Positions 19,726 through 29,081 of a stretch of 64,000 nucleotides of DNA are shown here, piece after piece. Position 1 is the stretch's first letter; every line of letters begins with the position of its first letter. Under the pieces are notes generated by a model, which was not told the DNA's origin, ran no database searches, and saw nothing but the letters and a program-made list of their open reading frames with translations. The position numbers were made by a program, and so were the translations under genes. The DNA is from Candidatus Omnitrophota bacterium (GTDB taxonomy: Bacteria; Omnitrophota; Gorgyraeia; Gygaellales; Profunditerraquicolaceae), in assembly GCA_041651035.1 (NCBI GenBank), contig JBAZKC010000001.1, positions 515,244 through 579,243 of the forward strand, written 5' to 3'.

Positions 19726-21990
19726 ATGGCTAACGCATTATTTTCTAATAATCTTTGGGTAAAGTTGGAAAAATACTTAGGGATCTTTTCCGTCGTAGCG
19801 GCATTCTGCCTGATTCTTGTTATGGCCCATCGCTCGATCTTTGATTTGGATATATGGCTGCATCTTAAGGCAGGCGAATTTATTGTTCAGAATAAGCTTG
19901 TTCCTTCCGCCGATATTTTTTCTTTTACTATGCAGGGAAAACCCTGGGTTGATCATTCCTGGTTTTTCCAGGTAATTTCTTATTTAGTCCATTCTAAATG
20001 GCAGGCGGACGGCCTGATCGTTTTAGGGTGCGTACCTATAATATTATCGTTCCTGGTTTTATTCCTGATGGGCAATGCCATGATAAGGTCATACCTGGAA
20101 GTAGCGGTATTAATTACGGCTGCCGCTTTAGCCTCGGTGACCAGGTTTAATATCCGCCCTGATATTTTCAGTTTATTTTTCTTCGCGATATATTTATACA
20201 TATTAAGATTACATATTAACAAGAGGTTGATCTGGTTTCTTGTGCCGGTACAGGCCCTTTGGGTCAACTTCCATGGTTATTTCTTTCTTGGGCCGCTGCT
20301 GGTCGCGTTATTTATAACTGCTGAATTCTTAAGGCGCAGGCTTAAGTTCCTGCCGATAGCCTGGAGGGAAGAATTCGCTTTAAGCCAGGAGGCATACCGG
20401 CGCTTAAAAGTATTATTTATCTTCGTAGTATTGGCTTGTTTTCTAAACCCCCGTGGTTACCAGGGGGCGCTCTATCCTTTTTTTGTATTTAAAGAATTGC
20501 TATCAGGCAGGGTCCAGATATTCTTGAAGTATATACAGGAATTACAGCCCACCCTTGGGCTGGGGCGCGTCCTCGGCAGTTATTATATAATGATCGTTCT
20601 TTGTTTTCTATTAATGGCGGCTAACTACAAGCGGCTAAAGATAGTAGAGATTATTCTTGCGCTATTTTTCTTTTTCTTTTCATTATCGCTGCGCAACGCG
20701 GCATTTTTTCTATTTGTAACTTATATGATCATCGCTTCTTATTTTGGAGATTACTTAAGCAAGATAACTGCGTATCTTAGATCACAGTCCCTTTCCAGGC
20801 AGAGATTGTTTATTTTATTCAAATGCGCGGCCTCAGCCATATTCATAATCTGTTTGGTGCAGGCGATAGATAGAAAACTAGGTTCGAATTATTATGATTT
20901 TGACAGCCAGGAATTTAAGAGCGGCCTTATGGGCATAGACAAAAGGGTTTATCCTAAAGGAGGCGTAGATTTTATTTCCGAAAATAATATTCCTGCTGGC
21001 ATGTTTAACGATTTTAATTCTGGCGCGTATCTTATTGGCAATACTTATCCTGAGAGAAAAGTATTCATTGACGGCCGCACTGAACTTTACGGCCCCGAGT
21101 TCTTCGCGGAGTATATGAAGATGCTAAAAGGAGATATTTCCAGTTTTGAAAGGATAACCGGTAAATACCGCCTTAATGCCATGTTATTCAGCACGGCACT
21201 TGCTTCTTTGCCGGATATCATAGGGTATATTTATAAAAACCCTCACTGGAAACTGGTTTTTCTCGACGAATCAGCCGTGGTTTTCTTAAAAGATGTCCCC
21301 CAGAGCCAGGAACTTATAAAACGGTATAGGGTCGATTTTAAAAAATACACGGTTCCTAAAATAGATGTAAAGAGTTTACGCGTGAGGATGGTGTATCCCG
21401 CGCCTTTTATTAAGCGCGCCGCGTTGTTTAATATCTTTAAAGAAGATGAGTTAGCGGCTTTAGAATGCAAAGAGGCCTTGCGTATAATGCCTAACTGCGC
21501 TGAAGCGTATCATCTTTTGGGTAAGATGTATTTGCGTAAAGGCTTATATCAAGACGCTCTGGATAACCTGCATTCGTCGCTGGTACTCCTGCCCGGCAAT
21601 GTAGAGGCGCTCCTGGACCTGGGTGTTTGTTTTATGGAGCTGAAAGAAGATAAGTTGGCAATAAGCAGTTTTAAAAAGGCAATAAGGATCCGGAATAATT
21701 ACGCGCCTGCTTATTACCGCCTGGGCTGTATATATTTGACTCTAAACAATGATAGCGAGGCTATACATTTATTTAAGAAGGCAATAAGATACGAATCAGA
21801 AGAGCCGCGCTATCATTATAAATTGGGCCAGGCTTTATATGAAAAGGCTAAAAGGCTAAAAGGCGGCTCATATCTGGCGCAGGCAAGGCTGGAATTGGCT
21901 AAAGCCCGGGAATTAAATATGGGGTATCAAGACAAAGAGTTGGACAAGGAAATAGAAAGCAAGTTAGAAGAGATATCAGAAGGCAAATAA
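19726..21990 (+). CDS. Polytopic membrane protein (about 11-13 TM) with C-terminal TPR repeats; possible GT-C-fold (PMT/TMTC-like) glycosyltransferase
   Basis: N-terminal 520 aa is highly hydrophobic, with an FDLDIW…PWVDHSW first loop. C-terminal 170 aa has at least 4 TPR units (AEAYHLLGKMYLRKGLYQDALDNL…). Confidence 0.45.
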   Translation: MANALFSNNLWVKLEKYLGIFSVVAAFCLILVMAHRSIFDLDIWLHLKAGEFIVQNKLVPSADIFSFTMQGKPWVDHSWFFQVISYLVHSKWQADGLIVLGCVPIILSFLVLFLMGNAMIRSYLEVAVLITAAALASVTRFNIRPDIFSLFFFAIYLYILRLHINKRLIWFLVPVQALWVNFHGYFFLGPLLVALFITAEFLRRRLKFLPIAWREEFALSQEAYRRLKVLFIFVVLACFLNPRGYQGALYPFFVFKELLSGRVQIFLKYIQELQPTLGLGRVLGSYYIMIVLCFLLMAANYKRLKIVEIILALFFFFFSLSLRNAAFFLFVTYMIIASYFGDYLSKITAYLRSQSLSRQRLFILFKCAASAIFIICLVQAIDRKLGSNYYDFDSQEFKSGLMGIDKRVYPKGGVDFISENNIPAGMFNDFNSGAYLIGNTYPERKVFIDGRTELYGPEFFAEYMKMLKGDISSFERITGKYRLNAMLFSTALASLPDIIGYIYKNPHWKLVFLDESAVVFLKDVPQSQELIKRYRVDFKKYTVPKIDVKSLRVRMVYPAPFIKRAALFNIFKEDELAALECKEALRIMPNCAEAYHLLGKMYLRKGLYQDALDNLHSSLVLLPGNVEALLDLGVCFMELKEDKLAISSFKKAIRIRNNYAPAYYRLGCIYLTLNNDSEAIHLFKKAIRYESEEPRYHYKLGQALYEKAKRLKGGSYLAQARLELAKARELNMGYQDKELDKEIESKLEEISEGK

Positions 21991-22055
21991 AAATAAAAAT
22001 TTATCTTGCAATTCTTGGCACTTCGTGCTAAAACTTAAACAAACAAGGAGGTCAG

Positions 22056-22298
22056 ATGCGTGAACATTTAGGTTTTCTTAAGACATCCAGCGCGGTAGTA
22101 AAGACAGCGGCCTGGATTTTTTTATTGCTTGGTTTTATCGGCGGGGTGTCCATTATTTTAGGGCTTGTGCCGGGTAATCCCCGTTGGATGGGGCTGTTGA
22201 TTTTGGTGATATACGCGTTCTTTTTCTTCTTTCTTTACCTTATCGCCAAGATCGCGGATCTATTGATAAAAATAATTAACGAAGTAAAAAAGCAATAA
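22056..22298 (+). CDS. Small membrane protein (2 TM), unknown function
   Basis: AAGGAGG RBS. Two hydrophobic helices. Confidence 0.35.
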   Translation: MREHLGFLKTSSAVVKTAAWIFLLLGFIGGVSIILGLVPGNPRWMGLLILVIYAFFFFFLYLIAKIADLLIKIINEVKKQ

Positions 22299-22318
22299 TT
22301 CAAAAAGGAGCTGGTAAA

Positions 22319-23287
22319 ATGAGCAATTCTGCGAAAAAAAGCGGATTCGGCGTTTTTTTATTTTCTGCCCTTATCATCGCGTTCTCTACCTTGTCCATAG
22401 GCTGCGATAAAATTAATTTTTTAAGCCCCAAGAAAACCTCCACGGATAAGGCCTCCTCCGGCACAGCCGCGGTAAAGGGCACGGTTATCGCTAAAGTGGA
22501 TAATACGCCCATTACTTTAGAGGAATTAAGCCGTTATATAGACATTTATAACGCCAGCCTGGATCTCAGGCAGGATTTGACCCCTGACCAAAAGAAGGCG
22601 GAGAAGATCGATACCCGCGATAAGAAGATAAATTATTTAAAAGAGCTGCTCGTGCGCCAGACAGTATTTTACCAGGCGGCGATAGACAAAGGCTTAGACA
22701 GAAAGCCGGAAGTAAGCGACATGATGGATAGGTATAAAATGGCGTTGCTAGCACAGGAGATGCAAAGCGACATTGTCAAAAATATAGAGGTCAGCTCCGC
22801 GGAGGTAGAAGAGGCTTACAAGAACAACCAGAATTTATTTAAAGAGCCGGAATCCCGTAAAGTGCGCGAGATCGCCAGCACAACAGAAAACGACGCCAAA
22901 CAAATACTCGTAGAGTTATTGCAGGGAGCGGATTTCGCTAATATTGCCAGGAGCCGCTCTATAGCGGATTCGGCTAAGACCGGCGGCGATATGGGTTATA
23001 TAAAGAGGGGGCAGAAGGGAGAAAAATTTGCCAATTACGACGATGTAGCTTTCTCTTCCGCCTTACAAGAAGGCTCGATAAGCAGCGTATTTAAGGGTAC
23101 GGACGGATACTATTATATTGTGAAGGTTGAGGATATCAAGGAAGGCAAGCAGGTTTCTTTGTCTGAGGCATGGGATACGATAAAAGCGCTTTTACTGGCC
23201 AGAAAACAAAAGGAAGAGCTGGATAAATCCTATTCACAGTTAAACCGTGAGCATAAGATAGAAATATATGAAGGGGAGATAAAATAA
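22319..23287 (+). CDS. Parvulin-type peptidyl-prolyl isomerase lipoprotein (PrsA/SurA-like)
   Basis: Lipobox LSIGC. PpiC domain (…GGDMGYIKRGQ…YYYIVKVEDI). Confidence 0.6.
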   Translation: MSNSAKKSGFGVFLFSALIIAFSTLSIGCDKINFLSPKKTSTDKASSGTAAVKGTVIAKVDNTPITLEELSRYIDIYNASLDLRQDLTPDQKKAEKIDTRDKKINYLKELLVRQTVFYQAAIDKGLDRKPEVSDMMDRYKMALLAQEMQSDIVKNIEVSSAEVEEAYKNNQNLFKEPESRKVREIASTTENDAKQILVELLQGADFANIARSRSIADSAKTGGDMGYIKRGQKGEKFANYDDVAFSSALQEGSISSVFKGTDGYYYIVKVEDIKEGKQVSLSEAWDTIKALLLARKQKEELDKSYSQLNREHKIEIYEGEIK

Positions 23288-24190
23288 ATGCAAAAGCAGC
23301 GCATAATTCTATTAGCCGGCGTGGGTTTGGCTTTGATAGTGGTAGTCCTTATCAAAGTTTACCTTGACCAGCAAAAGCAGGTCGCAAGTGAAGAGGCGCG
23401 CAGAGAAGCGGCGAGATTGCGGGCATCGTCGGTAGCGGTGCTTATAGCCAAAGATAATATACCCAAGGGGACGCTGGTCAAACAGGAATTATTAGAGACA
23501 AAGGTAGTGCCTTCCCAGGAGCTTATGCCGCAGGCAGCCACTTCTTTAGACAGGATCTCCGGCATGGTTACTATGGTAGTAATACCTAAGGGCCAGCAGA
23601 TTACTTTAAATACGCTGAGTTTCCCCCGGCAGGCAGGCGGTTTAGCGGAGGTGACTCCGGTTGGCAAGCGCGCGGTTACTATTAACGCGGACAATATCGC
23701 CAGCCTCGCGGGAATGATCAAGCCGGGAGATTATGTGGATATGATCGCCATGATCCCTGTATCCGTGCAAATCTCTGAAGGGAAACAGGCGACCCAGTTA
23801 GCCTCAGTGCCATTATTTCAGAACGTACTTGTTTTAGCCGTGGGCCAGGATATAGGTACAATGGCTCAGGCGGGAGCGGGAGGCAGGTACAATAAAGGAG
23901 AAGGGGTCCAGCAGCAACGGCAAGAAATTTCTTCTCTTATTACCATCGCCCTTAATCCCCAGGAAGCAAGCCTTATTTCATTTGTTCAGGAACAAGGTAA
24001 ATTACGCTTAGCTTTGCGTTCGCCTGCGGATTCTCAAACCCAGCAACTAAAGCCGATAGGATGGGAAGCCCTCTTCCAGTATTTGATGCCCGCGGATACA
24101 GCCAAGCAGCCGAAAGAAGAGATTAAGCCGGTCGGATATGTAGAGATATACCGCGGCCTTAAGAAAGACAAGGTTTCTTATCCAAAATAA
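23288..24190 (+). CDS. cpaB: Flp pilus assembly protein CpaB/RcpC
   Basis: N-terminal TM anchor followed by a SAF/CpaB-like domain. Gene order sits upstream of the secretin. Confidence 0.7.
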   Translation: MQKQRIILLAGVGLALIVVVLIKVYLDQQKQVASEEARREAARLRASSVAVLIAKDNIPKGTLVKQELLETKVVPSQELMPQAATSLDRISGMVTMVVIPKGQQITLNTLSFPRQAGGLAEVTPVGKRAVTINADNIASLAGMIKPGDYVDMIAMIPVSVQISEGKQATQLASVPLFQNVLVLAVGQDIGTMAQAGAGGRYNKGEGVQQQRQEISSLITIALNPQEASLISFVQEQGKLRLALRSPADSQTQQLKPIGWEALFQYLMPADTAKQPKEEIKPVGYVEIYRGLKKDKVSYPK

Positions 24191-24200
24191 AGGAGCAGTA

Positions 24201-25802
24201 ATGAAAAAAGCCTTATCAATTGGTCTCTTACTTATATTTAATTTTATGAGCCTTCCTTTGGCAGGCTATGCTTTGGATGAGAGCGGAGGAGAAATCAAGT
24301 TAGTCGTCGGAGAAGTTACGATAATGCCGGTCAATAATCCTACGCGTATTGTCATAGGCAATCCTGATATAGCAGATGTTTCCGATGTTGCCAAGAATGA
24401 AATGACCATTGTACCCAAAGCCCCGGGCACGACTAATATGGTATTATGGGATAACTTTGGTGAACAGTCTTATGAGGTCAGGGTTATCGCTGAGAATATG
24501 GACGCGGTTAAGCGCCGCATTGATATATTAATAGGAAGGCTTAATCTACCGCAGGTCTATACCCAGATAGCGGAAGACGAAGGCAAGGTCCTTCTTTTAG
24601 GAAGAGTTAAGGCTCCGGCGGACAGAGAAAGGATCGCTACTGCCCTGGGTCCGTTAAAAGATAAAACAACAGACCTCATTGTAGTAAAAGAAGAAGAGGC
24701 AGTGGTAAATATTGACGTGCAGGTTTTAGAGTTAAGTAAAGATGCTACTAGCACTCTGGGATTTACCTGGCCGGGAGCCATAACATTAACTGATGTCTCC
24801 GCGGCCACGACTACAGCGACAACCGGGCTAGAGAAAGTTTTCCGTGTTTCCCAATTTACGCGTACAGCCTTTAATGTTACCTTAGATGCCTTGGTGCAGG
24901 AAGGCAAGGTCAATATTCTTTCCCGTCCGCGGCTTTCCTGTCAAAGCGGCAAAGAGGCGGAATTATTGGTGGGCGGAGAGAAGCCGATTTTTACCACGAC
25001 AGTCGCTGCTACTACCGGCGCATCGGGCACATCCATAGAATATAAGGAATACGGTATTAAGCTTAAGATAAAACCCACCGTAACCGACGATAAGAAAGTA
25101 AAGCTGGCATTAAACGTAGAAGTAAGCGAAGTAGGCACTGTGGATACTATCGGGACTACTTCTACCGGTGAAGTCACGGCTAAGGCCTATCCTTTGACTA
25201 AACGCAACGCTTCCACTGAGCTTCTCCTTAATGACGGGCAGACTATGGCCATAGGCGGGCTGATGAAGCAGAAGACCGAAGAAGCCGTCCGTAAGACTGC
25301 CTGGGCGGGAGATCTGCCTATAGTGGGGGCGCTCTTCAGGCAAAAGACTACCAAGGTGGGCGGAGGCATAGGCGAAAGAGGCAATACAGAATTATTTATC
25401 ACTCTTACCCCTACCGTATCCAGTGAAGAGAAGAAGGCGCCGGAAGTTAAAAAAGAGATCACGCCAAAAATAAGTTCTTCCGGAGCCAGCGATATTAGTG
25501 GAAATACTTTAGGCCCTAAGGCCTTATACGCCACAATTATACAGAAACGCATATTAGAGAATATGATTTATCCTTCTTTAGCCAAAGAAGCTGGTTTCCA
25601 GGGGGAATTAAAGTTGAGCCTGCTCTTGTCTTATCGGGGCGAACTTTTAGAGGCAAGGCTTAAAGAATCCTCGGGGTATAAGATATTGGATGACCAGGCT
25701 GTCAATGTGGCTAAGGGGATTGCTACGTATCCTCCTTTCCCTTCCTCTATAGAGCAAAAGGAACTCTGGATAGATGTTCCCATAGCCTATCAGTTGGATT
25801 AA
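24201..25802 (+). CDS. cpaC: Tad secretin CpaC/RcpA with a C-terminal TonB_C-like domain
   Basis: Secretin domain (…LSRPRLSCQSGKEAELLVGGEKP…GGLMKQKTEE…IPIVGALFR…). Last 100 aa (YPSLAKEAGFQGELKLSLLL…SSGYKILDDQAVNVAKGIATYPPFP) match the TonB C-terminal domain pattern. Confidence 0.7.
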   Translation: MKKALSIGLLLIFNFMSLPLAGYALDESGGEIKLVVGEVTIMPVNNPTRIVIGNPDIADVSDVAKNEMTIVPKAPGTTNMVLWDNFGEQSYEVRVIAENMDAVKRRIDILIGRLNLPQVYTQIAEDEGKVLLLGRVKAPADRERIATALGPLKDKTTDLIVVKEEEAVVNIDVQVLELSKDATSTLGFTWPGAITLTDVSAATTTATTGLEKVFRVSQFTRTAFNVTLDALVQEGKVNILSRPRLSCQSGKEAELLVGGEKPIFTTTVAATTGASGTSIEYKEYGIKLKIKPTVTDDKKVKLALNVEVSEVGTVDTIGTTSTGEVTAKAYPLTKRNASTELLLNDGQTMAIGGLMKQKTEEAVRKTAWAGDLPIVGALFRQKTTKVGGGIGERGNTELFITLTPTVSSEEKKAPEVKKEITPKISSSGASDISGNTLGPKALYATIIQKRILENMIYPSLAKEAGFQGELKLSLLLSYRGELLEARLKESSGYKILDDQAVNVAKGIATYPPFPSSIEQKELWIDVPIAYQLD

Positions 25803-25808
25803 AAAACA

Positions 25809-27980
25809 ATGGCCAAGAGAATAGTTATATTCAGTACAAAGGGCGGAGTAGGTAAAACCTTAATCGCGGCTAATTTAGGCGTAAGCCTCGCCAAAGAACA
25901 AGGCCGGAGAGTTTGTTTGGTAGATCTAGACCTGCAAGGCTTAGGCGATATGTCCAGGATGCTGTATCTTGACCCGCAAAAGGCAATGGTAGATCTAATC
26001 CCCGTTATCAGGAAGCAGCCTCAAGTTGCAGCCTCGGGTTTTAATAAAAAAGACTTTTTGACTTCAAGCACGCTGGGCCTGGATTTCTTGCCCGGAGTTT
26101 TAAGGCCGCAGCAATCATCCCATCTTGATCCGTCAGCGGTTAAAGAAGTATTCAGCCTACTAGATAAAGATTATGATTATATAATTATAGACGCGGGCAA
26201 TAATTTCAGTGAAGTCTTTATTGCCACATTGAATCAAGCGAATCTGCTTCTTTTGGTAGCTACCCCCGACATACTCTCCATACATCAAACCAAATGGGCC
26301 TTAGAGACCCTGCAGCTCTTGCATTTACCTTTATCTATGGTGAAGATTGTTCTTAACAGGGCAGAATCCACCTCGAGCATTAGCTGGCAAGAGGTAATGG
26401 TTAGCGTACCCTGTGATATTATCGCTCAGATACCCTCTGAAGGAAAAGCAGCGGGCATGGCGGTAAATCAGGGTATCCCCGTGGTTGTGGACAGCCCCAA
26501 GGCAAAGATCTCTCAAGCCATAAGCAAGCTTGCCAAGCAATTGGCCAGTGAACAGAATTTATTTACCGAGTTAAAAGAGATAGACCAGTTACACGTTAGA
26601 GAAGTTACAGTAGAAAAGGCGGGGGAATTATGGGAAAAGGAAGGTTTGGTTGAGCCTTTGGTTGAAGATGCTCTTAGCGAAGAAGCAGACGAGATACTGG
26701 TATTGAAGCGCCGCATAAATAAACGGCTTATAGATGAACTGAATATTAAGAGGCTGGATTTAAAGTTGTTCAGCGATACTAAGAAGACCAAGGAGTTAAG
26801 GACAAAGGCTGAAACAAAAGTGGCTAATCTTATGACTGAAGAAGCAGGCAGCCTTATCCCTTCTCCTGATGTGCGCAAGAAATTAATAAAGGAGATCCTG
26901 GATGAGGCTTTAGCCTTAGGCCCTTTAGAAGACCTGCTGGCGGATACCAGCATAACCGATATTATGGTTAATAATAAAGATGAGATATATATTGAGCGCA
27001 ACGGTAAGATCGAGCTCACGGATAAGAAATTTATTTCCAATGAACAGGTCAGGACTATCATTGAGCGTATAATTGCCCCTATCGGCAGGCGTATTGATGA
27101 ATCTGTGCCTATGGTAGATGCCAGGCTTCTCGATGGTTCCCGCGTAAATGCCTTAATTCCGCCTCTTTCATTGACTGGCCCGACACTGACCATAAGGAAA
27201 TTCCGGAAAGAAAGGTTCAAGATCGAGGAACTGGTTAGGCTTAGGGCCGTGAATTCGAACATGGCGGAATTTTTAAGGGCCTGCGTATTATCCAGGAAGA
27301 ATATGATCATATCCGGAGGTACGGGCTCAGGCAAGACCACCGTGCTTAATATCCTTTCGGAGTTCATACCGGATAACGAGCGTATTATTACTATTGAAGA
27401 TGCGGCGGAATTAAAACTTCATCAGGAACACTGGATAAGATTAGAGTCCAGGGCGCCCAACATTGAAGGCAAGGGCGCGGTTACCGTAAGGGATTTATTC
27501 AGGAATACGTTGAGAATGAGGCCGGATAGGATTATTATCGGCGAGTGCCGTGGCATTGAAAGCCTGGATATGCTTCAGGCAATGAATACAGGCCACGATG
27601 GTTCAATGACCACAGTGCATGCCAATTCTACCCACGACGTCTTAATGAGGCTTGATTCTATGATCCTAATGTCGGGGGTTGAGCTTCCCATAAGGGCGAT
27701 CCGCGAGATGATCGCCTCAGCCATAGATTTGGTCGTCCATACCGCCCGTCTTTCAGATGGGAGCCGGAAAGTCATCCAGGTAACAGAATTAGTCGGGATG
27801 AAGAATGATATAGACGTTAACCTTCAAGATATCTTTGTTTTTAAGCAGACAGGTATAGATAACAATGGTGCTGTTATGGGTGATTTCCAGGCTACCGGCT
27901 ACGTTCCTTCCTTTATTAAAGAGATAAAGATGAAAGGTATATCTTTATCTGATAATGTCTTTACTCCCCCCGTTTCCTAG
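25809..27980 (+). CDS. cpaF: Fused CpaE-like ParA/MinD ATPase plus CpaF/TadA secretion ATPase
   Basis: N-terminus has FSTKGGVGKT (deviant Walker A). C-terminal half has ISGGTGSGKTT plus VirB11/TadA-type motifs (…RPDRIIIGECRG…). Confidence 0.75.
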   Translation: MAKRIVIFSTKGGVGKTLIAANLGVSLAKEQGRRVCLVDLDLQGLGDMSRMLYLDPQKAMVDLIPVIRKQPQVAASGFNKKDFLTSSTLGLDFLPGVLRPQQSSHLDPSAVKEVFSLLDKDYDYIIIDAGNNFSEVFIATLNQANLLLLVATPDILSIHQTKWALETLQLLHLPLSMVKIVLNRAESTSSISWQEVMVSVPCDIIAQIPSEGKAAGMAVNQGIPVVVDSPKAKISQAISKLAKQLASEQNLFTELKEIDQLHVREVTVEKAGELWEKEGLVEPLVEDALSEEADEILVLKRRINKRLIDELNIKRLDLKLFSDTKKTKELRTKAETKVANLMTEEAGSLIPSPDVRKKLIKEILDEALALGPLEDLLADTSITDIMVNNKDEIYIERNGKIELTDKKFISNEQVRTIIERIIAPIGRRIDESVPMVDARLLDGSRVNALIPPLSLTGPTLTIRKFRKERFKIEELVRLRAVNSNMAEFLRACVLSRKNMIISGGTGSGKTTVLNILSEFIPDNERIITIEDAAELKLHQEHWIRLESRAPNIEGKGAVTVRDLFRNTLRMRPDRIIIGECRGIESLDMLQAMNTGHDGSMTTVHANSTHDVLMRLDSMILMSGVELPIRAIREMIASAIDLVVHTARLSDGSRKVIQVTELVGMKNDIDVNLQDIFVFKQTGIDNNGAVMGDFQATGYVPSFIKEIKMKGISLSDNVFTPPVS

Positions 27981-28036
27981 GGACACCCTTTTTGCCAATC
28001 GAGGGACACCCAGTTTGCCAAAGCTAAGGGTGTCCC
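27980..28036. repeat. REP cluster A: GGGACACCC x2 (direct) plus GGGTGTCCC (inverted)
   Basis: Copies at 27980-88, 28003-11 and 28028-36. Same unit architecture as clusters B and C. Confidence 0.7.
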
Positions 28037-28054
28037 TTTACTTATAAATAATTT

Positions 28055-28396
28055 ATGAAGATAATTAATAAAACCAAAAATACAATATTAGCGCAGAATG
28101 CCATTGTCGCGGATACGGTTTTTAAGAGAGCCAAAGGGCTTCTCGGCAGGAAGGATCTTAAGCAAGGCGAGGCTTTAATATTAAAGCCCTGTAATTCCAT
28201 CCATACCTTTTTTATGCAATTCCCTATCGATGTCTTATTTGTGAACAGGCATAATCAGATAATAAAGGCGATTCTTTCTTTAAAGCTTTGGAGCCTCACC
28301 CCGGTATATTTTAATGCTGCTTTTGTTATTGAGCTCCCCGCCGGTACGTTAGAATTAACTTCTACTCAAGAAAATGATATTCTCGCCTTAGAATAA
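28055..28396 (+). CDS. DUF192-family protein
   Basis: …RAKGLLGRKDL…ALILKPCNSIHTFFMQFPIDVLF…FVIELPAG fits the DUF192 (COG1430) pattern. Bracketed by REP clusters A and B. Confidence 0.5.
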   Translation: MKIINKTKNTILAQNAIVADTVFKRAKGLLGRKDLKQGEALILKPCNSIHTFFMQFPIDVLFVNRHNQIIKAILSLKLWSLTPVYFNAAFVIELPAGTLELTSTQENDILALE

Positions 28397-28400
28397 ATTA

Positions 28401-28457
28401 GGGACACCCTTTTTGCCAATCGAGGGACACCCTCTGAGCCAATCGGGAGGGTGTCCC
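28401..28457. repeat. REP cluster B: GGGACACCC x2 plus GGGTGTCCC
   Basis: Copies at 28401-09, 28424-32 and 28449-57. Near-identical to cluster A, including the tttttgccaatcga spacer. Confidence 0.7.
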
Positions 28458-28476
28458 CGTTATTTGCACAAATTTA

Positions 28477-28959
28477 CTAAGTAGAATCAGGAAAATCTAT
28501 TAGTCCTGTTTTGTTACCAAAAACCCTGTCTTTATAACTGCTCCAGGGATAATCTGTAAGTATAGAGACTAAACCCGCCCTTAGCGGATTCATTTCAATA
28601 TAATAAACACAATCAATAAAATAATTGTCTTTTTGGATAACCATACTTTTGAATCTTCCTTGCCAGAGACGGCCTGGTTTTTTGTATTTGTTGTTGAACC
28701 AAACAGTGTACGTCTGGGTTAAGCCTTGCATAAATAATGCCAGATCATTAGGGTTTTTCGGCTCTAAAATGAGATGAATATGGTTTGGCATAAGGCAATA
28801 ACCAAATATTCTAAAGGCATATTTCTTCTTAAAGTGCTTTAATAGTTGCAGGTATTTCTCGAAATCCGCATTTTCTAGGAATATTCTTTGTTTTTGATTA
28901 CCCCTATTGACAACATGATAGCATGCATTATTTAAGATAATTCTTGCTCCTCTAGGCAT
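28477..28959 (-). CDS. REP-associated tyrosine transposase (RAYT; IS200/IS605 TnpA-like, Y1/HUH)
   Basis: HUH motif MPNHIHLIL. YHVVNRG near the N-terminus. C-terminal catalytic Tyr region (YIEMNPLRAGL). Flanked by REP clusters B and C in inverted arrangement. Confidence 0.7.
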   Translation of the reverse strand: MPRGARIILNNACYHVVNRGNQKQRIFLENADFEKYLQLLKHFKKKYAFRIFGYCLMPNHIHLILEPKNPNDLALFMQGLTQTYTVWFNNKYKKPGRLWQGRFKSMVIQKDNYFIDCVYYIEMNPLRAGLVSILTDYPWSSYKDRVFGNKTGLIDFPDST

Positions 28960-29024
28960 ACTTTTACCTCCCTATCATAATAGACGTAGCAGCTGCTAGA
29001 TTCTAACAGCATTTTACAATAAAC

Positions 29025-29072
29025 TAAGCTTCAGGGGACACCCTTAGCTTTGGCAACTTGGGTGTCCCTAAT
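29025..29072. repeat. REP cluster C (GGGACACCC / GGGTGTCCC) followed by an ATGTCCAATCT motif
   Basis: 29026-34 and 29051-59. ATGTCCAATCT at 29062-72 recurs three times upstream of the giant gene. Confidence 0.65.
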
Positions 29073-29081
29073 GTCCAATCT

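Larger units (their letters stand above)
28401..29072. mobile_element. REP-RAYT module (REP doublets bracketing the tyrosine transposase gene)
   Basis: Gene plus flanking inverted REPs is the typical RAYT locus architecture. Sits inside the Tad locus. Confidence 0.55.

Noticed and set aside
26513-27367. 284-aa minus-strand ORF
   Set aside because: It lies entirely antisense to the well-supported cpaE-cpaF ATPase gene. Its translation is Ser/Leu-rich with no motifs, and it is a typical shadow ORF.
27980-29072. Possible CRISPR array (short repeats GGGACACCC with spacers)
   Set aside because: The repeats are only 9 nt, the spacers are conserved rather than unique, copies occur in both orientations, and they flank a HUH transposase. 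This is REP/RAYT, not CRISPR.
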